A DNA stretch of 64,000 nt from a virus. Both the position numbers and the translations under genes were made by a program. Under the pieces are notes generated by a model. That model was not told where the DNA came from. It saw only the letters and a program-made list of their open reading frames with translations, and did no database searches. Positions 27,516-35,905 of this stretch are shown here, one piece after another; position 1 is the stretch's first letter; every line of letters begins with the position of its first letter. Location of the stretch: IMG/VR virus record IMGVR_UViG_640753038_000002, one strand, 5' to 3'.

Positions 27516-28052
27516 TCACTTTACCTTGCCTGACCATTGATACCCGCATTTCGGGCACTGGTGTTCGGTTGCAATATCCTCGCCGTAAGATGGAAACTCT
27601 TCCGGCGCGGAAGGCGCTTTCGCCTCTGCGAAAAGCTTGCCGATTTCCTTATCGTCAAAGCCCATCATGTCGGCGCTGAATTCACCTTCGGAAAGAAGGT
27701 TATCAAGCTCGATTTTGAGAAGCTCTTCATCCCAACCGCCGCCAATCTCGGAAAGCTTGTTATCGGCAATGGTGTAAGCGCGTCTTTTCTCTTCCGACCA
27801 ATCGCGAGCCACAACGACCGGCACTTCTTCAAGAGCAAGATACTTCGCAGCAAGCACGCGGCCATGACCTGCAATGATCGTACCGTCTTCCGCTACAAGA
27901 ACCGGCATTGTGAAGCCGAATTCTTCGATAGATTTCGCTAGTTTTTTGACCTGATTATCCGAATGCTTCTTAGCGTTTCGAGCATACGGAATAAGGTCTT
28001 CAACAGCCCACATTTCGGCGCTTGCAGCGAGGTTATTGACGGCGCTTGTCAT
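27516..28052 (-). CDS. ParB/Srx N-terminal domain protein with C-terminal Zn ribbon
   Basis: LIPYARNAKKH...SIEEFGF..PVLV...IIAGHGR...ADNKL; CPKCGY at the C-terminus. Confidence 0.88.
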   Translation of the reverse strand: MTSAVNNLAASAEMWAVEDLIPYARNAKKHSDNQVKKLAKSIEEFGFTMPVLVAEDGTIIAGHGRVLAAKYLALEEVPVVVARDWSEEKRRAYTIADNKLSEIGGGWDEELLKIELDNLLSEGEFSADMMGFDDKEIGKLFAEAKAPSAPEEFPSYGEDIATEHQCPKCGYQWSGKVK

Positions 28053-28165
28053 GCGTTCTCTTCCTAAAACAAAATCCGAATTGCAAAATCGGAAATACGC
28101 TCAAAAACCGGGGCCGTGTTGCCCGCTAGGGTTGGCCCCTTTCGAAAGATCGTTCACACCCCGGA

Positions 28166-28575
28166 GGGGGCGGGCGGGGTCGGGGCGGGGGTCGAAAAGC
28201 AGGGCCGCGCGTCAGTCGTGCCAGCACGCAGTAGGTACACGGTCGGTTGCGGACGGGTCGCTATAGGTGACGTCGCTATAGGTAGGGGCCTTGATCAAAT
28301 AGGCATAGACGCAAGGCGAATAGGCGGACGGGCTTACGAAGGCACGGTCTACTTGCCTATAGCTAGCGGTACGCAAGGCAAGAGGTTCTTGCTTTGGCTC
28401 CGCGCGCGTCGCGCGCCTGCGGCGCGCCGCGCTTTGTTCTACCTATAGCGATTGTTCTTATAAGTGTTGGTTCTCTTCCTATAGGCGAAAGGGTCAACGG
28501 TCTTCTTGCGGCTAAGGTTCGCCGCAACATTTTCCCGTGGACTTTTTGCCTATCGGGGCACAGGGGCAAATAGGC
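28166..28575. repeat. Non-coding region with a G-run cluster and nine ATAGG/CCTAT motifs; candidate cos/pac region
   Basis: CGCTATAGG at 28259 and 28274; inverted CCTATAGCG at 28442; GCCTATAGC 28355; CCTATAGG 28478; ATAGGC 28299, 28320, 28570; GCCTAT 28548. Confidence 0.5.
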
Positions 28576-28587
28576 CCCCCCCTTTTT

Positions 28588-28827
28588 TTAGCTGAGGCCC
28601 GCGCGTACCGCCGCATCCTTGGCTTCAAGGAGCTTGCGCAAGGCAACGGTACGTTCGGGATTGCGGGGCGTCGTTTCTACGATCTGGTGCGCAAGGTCAC
28701 AGAATGGCTTGGAACGGTTCCGAAGGACTTCCGGCAGGTGTGCATAATGGAAGTAGCGCAAGATATGATCCTGCGCGATTTGCTCTTCGGTAAACTCAGC
28801 GGGCGCAGGATGGATTGCTTCGGACAT
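28588..28827 (-). CDS. Small helical-hairpin protein resembling the Acb2/Tad1-like family
   Basis: F.Y.H...LA..I.E..P...E.T.AL.KL.EA...A..A pattern, recognised from memory. Confidence 0.55.
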   Translation of the reverse strand: MSEAIHPAPAEFTEEQIAQDHILRYFHYAHLPEVLRNRSKPFCDLAHQIVETTPRNPERTVALRKLLEAKDAAVRAGLS

Positions 28828-28941
28828 AGGTTTTCTCTCTTCTTAGACTGGATTGGTTGCGGGGGCGTGGATCGAACACGCGTTCATTCCGGGCATGAGC
28901 CGGTCGCCAAGTCCACTTGACATTCCCCGCGTCGCCGCGCG

Positions 28942-29187
28942 CTACGCGCGCTTGATTGTCGAAGTATTGATATGCGCCATACCGAAGCCGAGCCATTCGA
29001 TTGTCAGGGACATAACGGTATGAGTGCCGTTGGTATCTCCCGTTGCCGGATCGTGGTCGGCTGGTTCGCCGTCGAAGTGGCAAGGGATACGCTCGTATCC
29101 GATAAAAGGCAGGATATGGCCGAATAGCAGACAGCCGCCAAACATAGGCCCGCGACCGGGGAGCCATTCGTAAAACTTCGTTTTCAT
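28942..29187 (-). CDS. Hypothetical protein
   Basis: 81-aa ORF coupled to the upstream gene. Confidence 0.55.
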   Translation of the reverse strand: MKTKFYEWLPGRGPMFGGCLLFGHILPFIGYERIPCHFDGEPADHDPATGDTNGTHTVMSLTIEWLGFGMAHINTSTIKRA

Positions 29188-29633
29188 CCGTGCGATCCTA
29201 GCTCAATTGCAGCGTCAATCTGACGGTACGGCATACGAAGGAGCGACGCGATTTCCGTCCGCGTTCGTCCGAGGCGATGCAGGCGAACAACTTCCGATAT
29301 CGTCTTTGGATAGACGATCAAGGCAACCTGCGGAACGCTACGGGACACTTTCGCCCTGGACTTCGGTTCGCTCTTCGGTTTTTCGGCCTTTGCGATGGGC
29401 TTTGCGGCCTTCGCTTGTGCTTCTATCGCTTGCTCGAATAGGCGCTTCTGTTTCGCCCGCGCTTCGCGCGCGGCCTTGCCGCCCCACGATAGACCGAGCC
29501 GCTTAGCGCGCTGGTGAAGCGCTGCCGGAGATATGCCGAAGTCTTTCGCAATCTGCCGAACGCCGTCACCCCGCGTATAGCGGATCATGGCTTTTCGAAA
29601 TTCGGTATTTGAAAGCTTATTCGGACGAACCAT
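29184..29633 (-). CDS. Basic HTH-containing protein
   Basis: GVRQIAKDFGISPAALHQRAKRLG HTH; second HTH-like C-terminus (RTEIASLLRMPY). Confidence 0.65.
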   Translation of the reverse strand: MVRPNKLSNTEFRKAMIRYTRGDGVRQIAKDFGISPAALHQRAKRLGLSWGGKAAREARAKQKRLFEQAIEAQAKAAKPIAKAEKPKSEPKSRAKVSRSVPQVALIVYPKTISEVVRLHRLGRTRTEIASLLRMPYRQIDAAIELGSHG

Positions 29634-29634
29634 T

Positions 29635-30213
29635 TTAATAGCCCCGCAATACTGTAGCGATTTCTTTTCCGACGCGATCAACGATGCGCGGCATATTTCC
29701 GTAGAAGGTCTGCGCCGATTGGTCTTTGACCAACTCATTCGCGATGCCGGGGCCATATAGCCGTTCAATTGGAAAACGATCCGATCCGGTACGATGGAAT
29801 ACATTGCCATTGAGCTTCGGCGCTAAGACGCCGGGACGCGGCCCCATAAAAGCGCCGGAAAACGATTGACGCCGCCCCCACACCGTTGCCTTGGTTCCCG
29901 CCTTGAATTGGCGCGGCTTGAAATATTTGAGCGAAAGAGGCCGACCCGTTCCGATGATCGCAAATTCGAGGGTATCAAGGCCCTTTGCCGAAGCGCGCCG
30001 GGTCCTTACTCCGCGATTGATAGCGGCGCTTGGAATGGACGTCTGGATGCGCAATGCTCGTTTGACCTGCACGAATGCCCGGCCACCTTCGTAATTGAGC
30101 GCCCGCGACATAACCTTTCGAGCCTTACCTTTTCCAAGGCTTTTCAGGTTGTCGCCGTAGCGGCTCATGATTTCATCAAGTGGCTTAGCGACTAGATAGG
30201 AAGCCATATCCAA
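29635..30213 (-). CDS. Lambda gpZ-like minor tail/tail-completion protein
   Basis: RALN...QVKRAL...RPLSLKYF..RQ...G....VW...GAF...VF.RTG..RFPIERLYGP. Confidence 0.75.
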   Translation of the reverse strand: MDMASYLVAKPLDEIMSRYGDNLKSLGKGKARKVMSRALNYEGGRAFVQVKRALRIQTSIPSAAINRGVRTRRASAKGLDTLEFAIIGTGRPLSLKYFKPRQFKAGTKATVWGRRQSFSGAFMGPRPGVLAPKLNGNVFHRTGSDRFPIERLYGPGIANELVKDQSAQTFYGNMPRIVDRVGKEIATVLRGY

Positions 30214-30222
30214 ACCAATCAG

Positions 30223-30252
30223 AAAAAGAAAAGCCGCGACGAAGCGCGGCTT
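30223..30252 (-). terminator. Intrinsic terminator just before the first late gene (tR'-like position)
   Basis: AAGCCGCG/CGCGGCTT stem plus TTTTCTTTTT on the minus strand. Confidence 0.75.
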
Positions 30253-30550
30253 GAATGTGAGACTTTAACAGCAAGGGTATCCGTGGGGGATAACGATTGG
30301 ATATCGTTCTTATAATACAATCACTGGTGGGATTTGTAAGAGCGAAGTCCGACGCTATCTGCGCATGAGAAATCAGCCGATTTGTCTCAATCGTCAAGCG
30401 TGATTTTTCGCTTTGTTTTGATTGAGCTACTAACAGGCTTATCATTTATGATGGAATATCTGTTAGTTAGGCCGTTTTCGAACCTAGTTATTTTTTTGTC
30501 TCACTTGCGTTTTGATTTGAGGTTTTGACGCGGATTGCAGCGTTAACAGT

Positions 30551-30601
30551 TTTCCAACTTTTTGTTGGATTTAATATGGAATTGCGATTGCATTTTCCAA
30601 C
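30551..30601. promoter_or_regulatory. Operator-like palindrome TCCAAC-TTTTT-GTTGGA plus a further TTTTCCAAC
   Basis: 30553-30569 and 30593-30601, upstream of the plus-strand cluster starting at 30669. Confidence 0.55.
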
Positions 30602-30668
30602 CGCTTTGTATAGCGTTCTTCTCAAGCCGCTTCGCAGTGGTCGATTTGACGATTGAAGGACAAGCGAA

Positions 30669-30860
30669 ATGCAAAGCTATTTCGAAATTTACGTCTCCCT
30701 TAACGGTACACACTTCTTCGCTACGGCTCCGCGCTCTTGCATTACGCAGGATGCGGCAGAAGGCGTTGCCAAAGAAATTCGCAGCCGTTTTCCCGAAGCT
30801 GATGGCTTCAAGGTTTCGGTCACGCATTATCGGTGCAGTGGTCACACCTGCGACTTTTGA
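30669..30860 (+). CDS. Hypothetical phage protein
   Basis: 63 aa, GAAGG RBS. Confidence 0.65.
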   Translation: MQSYFEIYVSLNGTHFFATAPRSCITQDAAEGVAKEIRSRFPEADGFKVSVTHYRCSGHTCDF

Positions 30861-30892
30861 TCATTCAACAAACGAGTTGGGAGACACCCGAA

Positions 30893-31087
30893 ATGAACAC
30901 CAAGCACAACCTTAAAGTCGGTCAGTTCGTTCGCCTGATTTCAAATCATGAGCGCTCCGGCGAGTGCGGGACGATTGAAGAAATCAACAGCGCAACTGCT
31001 CGATTTAAGTTCCACTTCGACGGTGTTGAGACTGTCCGGCCCCTTAACGCTTTCTCCGCCGATACGCTGATCTTTCACGGCCTTTAA
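30893..31087 (+). CDS. Small SH3/KOW-like protein
   Basis: LKVGQFVRLI...GECGTIEEI pattern; GGGAG RBS. Confidence 0.55.
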   Translation: MNTKHNLKVGQFVRLISNHERSGECGTIEEINSATARFKFHFDGVETVRPLNAFSADTLIFHGL

Positions 31088-31135
31088 GCCTTCCGGTTTC
31101 CGCCCGGAAGGGCGGTTTCCCGAACGCTTGGAAGG
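31088..31135 (+). other. Structured intergenic element, copy 1
   Basis: GCCTTCCGGTTTCCG-[CCGCCC/GGGCGG hairpin]-CGGTTTCCC immediately after a stop codon. Confidence 0.55.
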
Positions 31136-31144
31136 AGCAAGAGA

Positions 31145-31423
31145 ATGAATAAGCAGTCAGATCAACTTGAAGCGGCCTGCGAAGTGGCGCGCGAGATAGC
31201 AAATTCCATGTCTGAGGCAGGTATGTCGCCGAGCGTAATTTCTTGCGCACTATGGCGAACCGCCGCCCAAGTGATCGGCACGGTTGCACCTTATGACGCA
31301 ATCGACCCGCTTATCGATGACGCGGCCCGGCTTATGAAGACAGAAGCCTATTCCATATACCAGTTCGCCGCCGAGTTTAGGAAAGCGGAAGAAAGCAAGC
31401 AAACCGACCACAAGCCACATTGA
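31145..31423 (+). CDS. Hypothetical protein
   Basis: 92 aa, GGAG RBS. Confidence 0.65.
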   Translation: MNKQSDQLEAACEVAREIANSMSEAGMSPSVISCALWRTAAQVIGTVAPYDAIDPLIDDAARLMKTEAYSIYQFAAEFRKAEESKQTDHKPH

Positions 31424-31468
31424 GCCTTTCGGTTTCCGGCGACTAGCCTCGCCGGTTTCCCAAAGCCT
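31424..31468 (+). other. Structured intergenic element, copy 2
   Basis: GCCTTTCGGTTTCCG-[CCGGCGA/TCGCCGG hairpin]-CGGTTTCCC immediately after a stop codon. Confidence 0.55.
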
Positions 31469-31542
31469 CACCGATCTTCGAAAAGCGCCTTGAGCGCCAC
31501 GGCGGAGCTTTGCCTAAGCAACGCAACATAAGGATATCTGGA

Positions 31543-31959
31543 ATGAAAACGATTGCCTTGGACCTTGGCGAACTCCTTGCCGGACATATGCCCGGCGCAC
31601 GACACGACCACGAGGACGAAGCCGCAAAGCTTCCGATCCCCGAAGCGCAGGTCGCGACTTTGGGCGAATTGTTTGTCAGGTACGCGAAAGGCTGCGAATT
31701 CGCGGAAGGCGATATCGTTACGCCGCGCGCTGGTTCCATGTATCGGGGTCGCGGTTTGCCCCATGTGGTCTTGGACGCACCGGACGAACCGCACTTCCAC
31801 TTTTCCAAGGAAGATAATTCTTCGCCAAGCTTCGGTGCGCGGCTCGACGTTCGCGTCGCTTGCTTCGTACCCGGCGGGCAAATCATGGCCTATTGGATGG
31901 AAAGCTATCAGCTTGAGCCATGGGACGCCGACGCGACCTATTCCACCGAAAAGGAATAA
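31543..31959 (+). CDS. Hypothetical phage protein
   Basis: 138 aa; F.EGDIVTPR pattern; AAGGA RBS. Confidence 0.65.
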   Translation: MKTIALDLGELLAGHMPGARHDHEDEAAKLPIPEAQVATLGELFVRYAKGCEFAEGDIVTPRAGSMYRGRGLPHVVLDAPDEPHFHFSKEDNSSPSFGARLDVRVACFVPGGQIMAYWMESYQLEPWDADATYSTEKE

Positions 31960-32015
31960 CCGATTAAGCGACCGATCCGCTGGCAATGCCAGCGGACAGG
32001 CCGGAGGGCCTTCCT

Positions 32016-32702
32016 ATGCTTCACGACACGACACGCCTGCCTCCCTATATCACCAAAGCCAAAATGAAGCTTTTGTCAGATATGGAGCCGGATGACGCTC
32101 TTGAAGAAGTGCGCCGCCTGCGCGCTGAGTACGATGAAAAGCAGAAAAAGCAGCGGGAAAAGTATGATCGTCGGGAATACCGGCAGGCTTATTATGCTGC
32201 CAACAAAAAGAAAATTCTGAAAAAGCAGCGTGTCTATAACAGGCAATGGCGCATCTTGAAGAAGTCGGACCCCGATTGGCAGGAGGCGAACCGAGCGCGT
32301 AAGCGGGCATGGGCTAAAGCTGACCGGGATCGCGCAAGGGCCGCTGGCGAGAAGGCCCCACGGACTGATGCTATACGGGAAAAGGACCGCCGCAAGCGCA
32401 GCCGAATGAAAACACAAAGGCTAGCCCGGAAAGACCCGGACGCGTTGCGGAAAATGATTTCCGCCCGTCTGCCGGGTTATCTAGACGTGGCGGCGCGCGG
32501 GGACGTTATCGCAGCCGTTATGACGGCGGCTCTTGAACGGAAGGTTCTATTTGACGAACTGAACGAGGCCATCAAAGCCCACGTCACCGCCTACAACCGG
32601 CAGTTTGATCACTTCAAGAACGTGTCAATTGACGCCCCGATTGCAGGGACGGACGGACTAACGCGCGCTGACACGTTCGATACCGAAACATTCCATTTTT
32701 GA
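32016..32702 (+). CDS. Basic coiled-coil protein, possible DNA-binding or transcription factor
   Basis: GGAGG RBS; Arg/Lys-rich helices; C-terminal VSIDAPI motif reminiscent of sigma-like factors. Confidence 0.55.
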   Translation: MLHDTTRLPPYITKAKMKLLSDMEPDDALEEVRRLRAEYDEKQKKQREKYDRREYRQAYYAANKKKILKKQRVYNRQWRILKKSDPDWQEANRARKRAWAKADRDRARAAGEKAPRTDAIREKDRRKRSRMKTQRLARKDPDALRKMISARLPGYLDVAARGDVIAAVMTAALERKVLFDELNEAIKAHVTAYNRQFDHFKNVSIDAPIAGTDGLTRADTFDTETFHF

Positions 32703-32711
32703 GGAAGTGTC

Positions 32712-33245
32712 ATGGAAGAAGCAATCTCGCATTTCAGGACTACTATCGAACCGGAATTACATTCGCTGGCTTTGCTCTGTGCTGAACTCAAAATCGGCTT
32801 CCAAGCTTCGGCGACGTTCGGCCCTGACGCCGAAGGGCATAGCCCAACGTTCTATATCTATACGCAAGTAACAGGGGCTTTTCCCCCGATTGTCGGTTCG
32901 GCTGAGTTCATGCCTGCCGTTATTGATCCGCAATGGATCGACGGCTTTGCGAAGTGGAACTTTGCGACTTTCGGCCCCGGCCTTCGTACCGAAGGCACTA
33001 TCGATCATATCCGCGAAGAGCTAGTCGAAATCGAAGCAGCGCCGACAGACCCGGAAGAGTGGGTTGACGTTCTTATGCTCTCGTTGAACGGCCTAACGCG
33101 GCTCGGCCTGAGTGGCAGCGAAATCATCGACGCGATCAACGCGAAGTTTCAGAAGAACTTGGCTCGGAATTGGCCGGACTGGCGAATAGCCCCGCGCGAC
33201 AAGGCTATCAAGCACCAACGGGCCGACGATGAAGCTCAACGATAA
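32712..33245 (+). CDS. dATP/dGTP pyrophosphohydrolase-domain protein (DUF550/MazG-like)
   Basis: FGPG.R..G..DHIREEL.EI...P.D..EW.DV..L...G..R...K...N.AR.WPDWR. Confidence 0.8.
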   Translation: MEEAISHFRTTIEPELHSLALLCAELKIGFQASATFGPDAEGHSPTFYIYTQVTGAFPPIVGSAEFMPAVIDPQWIDGFAKWNFATFGPGLRTEGTIDHIREELVEIEAAPTDPEEWVDVLMLSLNGLTRLGLSGSEIIDAINAKFQKNLARNWPDWRIAPRDKAIKHQRADDEAQR

Positions 33246-33495
33246 GCGCGTAGTTTTCAAACGGATCGCCGCCGTTCGCGAAATTCTCAAGAACGAGATT
33301 TCAGCCAACGCGCGCGGCGGCAAGTACGCATCCGGCTTGGCAAGTGAAGGCTTCGCCGGAGGCTACCTAATGGCACTTGATGACGTTGAAGCCGCGCTTA
33401 CGCACGGCCTGCCGTCAGATCACCGTGGCTACTGGTATCGGGCTACGGAAGCGATGATCAGGAAAGGACGAACCAATGGCAATGAACAAGACTGA
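33229..33495 (+). CDS. Hypothetical protein
   Basis: 88 aa, overlap-coupled within the operon. Confidence 0.6.
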   Translation: MKLNDKRVVFKRIAAVREILKNEISANARGGKYASGLASEGFAGGYLMALDDVEAALTHGLPSDHRGYWYRATEAMIRKGRTNGNEQD

Positions 33496-33880
33496 GAAAG
33501 CCGAAATGGAGCGGCTCCGGCACGACCTTGCGCTTTCGCGTGCGCTCCGCTGGCCGTCGTATCCATCGCCATCGCCGATGACTAGAGACGACATAGAAGC
33601 ATCAAAGTGCGATGTGGTCGCGCGTTTTGGTACGTCAAGCAAAGTCGCGCGGGGCTACTTCGCGAACGTGCACAGCATCCGCGTCGATAAAGGATGGTCG
33701 GACGGATTTCGCCACGGTTATAGCGACAATAGTTCAACCCAAGGAATGGGCCGCTTGTTTCGAACCGACGTCGAAGCTTGGCAGTATCTCCGACACGAAG
33801 TTACTGTTCGTTATGCCGGAGAACTCGCCTTTATCGACCGGATGATTGCGGAAGCGGAGGGCGGCACCGATGGCATTTGA
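33476..33880 (+). CDS. Hypothetical protein
   Basis: 134 aa, AGGA RBS, overlap-coupled. Confidence 0.6.
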   Translation: MAMNKTEKAEMERLRHDLALSRALRWPSYPSPSPMTRDDIEASKCDVVARFGTSSKVARGYFANVHSIRVDKGWSDGFRHGYSDNSSTQGMGRLFRTDVEAWQYLRHEVTVRYAGELAFIDRMIAEAEGGTDGI

Positions 33881-34541
33881 GCTAACGCCTGTAAAGGTCG
33901 CCTACACCAACTATCGCGGCGAAACGTCCGTTCGGACGATTACGCCGCAACGGCTCTGGCACGGTTCAACCGAATGGCACCCGGAGCCACAATGGCTTGT
34001 TACGGCTTATGATCACGATAAACAGGCGGTACGTGATTTCGCGTTCAAGGATTTAGGCTATCCTGAACCGACCGACGCCCGCGATCTGCCTTTCCGGCAG
34101 CGTGATATAGAGCGCGGCCTAATTCTCTTCCGAACAAGCAACAACGCTCACGATTTTATCAATTTCGTTTCGTTGTCGGGCAAGGTTGACGCGCTGCCTC
34201 AGATTGCGAAGGACGAACTTGCTTCGCTCATGCGGAATATCGCGAATGAACTCTCACCAGAACCGAACCATTTTGCCGAAGCCGGCATATTGGTCGATGG
34301 TGATGGGTGGCTCGACATAAACGATGCACCGCACGACGGCACCGTCGTTGATCTTTGGTGTGATCGCTTGTCAGAACGTGTCCCAAACTGCCGCTGGAAC
34401 CACGATTTTAATATCGGCTACCCCGAAGACGGTCCCGGTTTTTGGGAACAGCTTACGGGTACTGAATGGCGTCCGTCATACGACGAAAAATGGTTCTCAC
34501 ATTATCGTTTGGTGCCAGCCGCACCGACGTTGGAGCGGTAG
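33870..34541 (+). CDS. WYL-like N-terminal domain fused to a DUF551-like C-terminal part
   Basis: YTNYRGETSVRTITP...W....WHPEPQW...A.D.DK.AVRDF; later W..I..AP.DGTVVDLW. Confidence 0.65.
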   Translation: MAFELTPVKVAYTNYRGETSVRTITPQRLWHGSTEWHPEPQWLVTAYDHDKQAVRDFAFKDLGYPEPTDARDLPFRQRDIERGLILFRTSNNAHDFINFVSLSGKVDALPQIAKDELASLMRNIANELSPEPNHFAEAGILVDGDGWLDINDAPHDGTVVDLWCDRLSERVPNCRWNHDFNIGYPEDGPGFWEQLTGTEWRPSYDEKWFSHYRLVPAAPTLER

Positions 34542-34543
34542 CT

Positions 34544-35905
34544 ATGATCAACAATAGACAGATTTTCCCACCTATCAAATGGAAGCAAACGAGCGAACGC
34601 GTTTGGGATGCCGTTATAGCTGAAGGATGGAAAGCGCGGGTCGTTCATGCTTTGGGCGATGATACTTGGTCATACGTCGTCAACCATTCTGGCCGTTGTT
34701 TCCTATCATCCAAAGAAGACGCTATGCGCCAAGCCGAAGACAATGCAAAGGATCGGATTTGGAGTGAAATTATTGCGGCTCGCAAGACGATAGCGGCCTT
34801 TCCGAATGCGTTCGAAAACGCACTAACCGGCGGAGGCCGGACGTCGTTTGACGATGCCGCCAAATGGCACGACGAAGAAGCGAAACGGCTGGAAGGTGTC
34901 GAAACCTTCAATAAGCGTATTCGCCACAAGCTTGCCTTCCACCAGATTTGCGCGGCCCAATTCCGGGCGATGAAAAATTCATCGCCGCAGGAATTCCCTT
35001 ATAACCGGACATTCAACGCTATTGCAGCGGCGACGCGCGTAGAGGGCGGCAACGTCGCTATTTCAGTCCATAAGTTTGTGAAGGCTTTCGGTGGGAGCGT
35101 CGTTGAAGATCAAACACCGACCGCGGGGCCAGTTGAAAGCAGTGATCAAAGTCCTGAATGGATTTGGTACGGTGAAGACGACGACGGAAACAGCCGCGTC
35201 TCAACAGGTCGTTGGGCCAAACACTCTTGTCAGAAGCGTTACAAGCTGGCCGAAATCCAAGCAACGGAACACGACCACAAACGCCCTACGCCTGCCGCTA
35301 CAGATACGGGACTAGATTACTACACCGCCGCAGATGTTATGTGGTCTTTGGAAGGTAATAATCCTGCGCCATCCAAGAACGGGCAATGGGTCAAACGCAC
35401 GCAGGCCGATGAGCTATTCGCGGAAAATGCCGAATTGAAAAAGGATAGGCGTTTTAAGCAGCACGTCATTGATGGTCTAGCTGTCGATAAAGAGAGCCTG
35501 AAAGCCGACAACTTGGCGAAAGGTGCGGAAGTCGAGAGAATGCGCGGCGTCTTCCAGCGGATGACAGAGCAGTTTGCTATCGATCCCAACCATTCAATTA
35601 CAATCCGCTCTATGGTGTATGACGGACTTCATGGGGTTGCGAATGAACAATCGACAGCAGATTTTCAAGCATGGAAAGAGTTGCGCGAACTCACGTTCGC
35701 AATCCAGCACAACCCGAACTGCCCTGACAGGTTTCTTATCCGACTGCCGGGCAGAAGTGGCCGCATCGATCTAAAGCCTTACGCCGATCAATTGGGCTTC
35801 CGCAAAAGCGAGACGGAAGACGTAATCGGCTTTGGCAAAACTCTGGCCGAGGCTTTGGCGACCGCTTTAAAGCGCCAAGAGGGAGGGAACGGCAATGGCG
35901 AATGA
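34544..35905 (+). CDS. Mosaic hypothetical protein (ead/Ea22-like modules)
   Basis: 453-aa ORF built from several short unrelated-looking segments (RPTPAATDTG, QADELFAENAELK). Confidence 0.55.
   Translation: MINNRQIFPPIKWKQTSERVWDAVIAEGWKARVVHALGDDTWSYVVNHSGRCFLSSKEDAMRQAEDNAKDRIWSEIIAARKTIAAFPNAFENALTGGGRTSFDDAAKWHDEEAKRLEGVETFNKRIRHKLAFHQICAAQFRAMKNSSPQEFPYNRTFNAIAAATRVEGGNVAISVHKFVKAFGGSVVEDQTPTAGPVESSDQSPEWIWYGEDDDGNSRVSTGRWAKHSCQKRYKLAEIQATEHDHKRPTPAATDTGLDYYTAADVMWSLEGNNPAPSKNGQWVKRTQADELFAENAELKKDRRFKQHVIDGLAVDKESLKADNLAKGAEVERMRGVFQRMTEQFAIDPNHSITIRSMVYDGLHGVANEQSTADFQAWKELRELTFAIQHNPNCPDRFLIRLPGRSGRIDLKPYADQLGFRKSETEDVIGFGKTLAEALATALKRQEGGNGNGE

Noticed and set aside
28454-28468. 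GTTC-containing stretches at 28454 and about 30306 as extra LexA boxes
   Set aside because: The second half-site does not fall at the required N7 spacing
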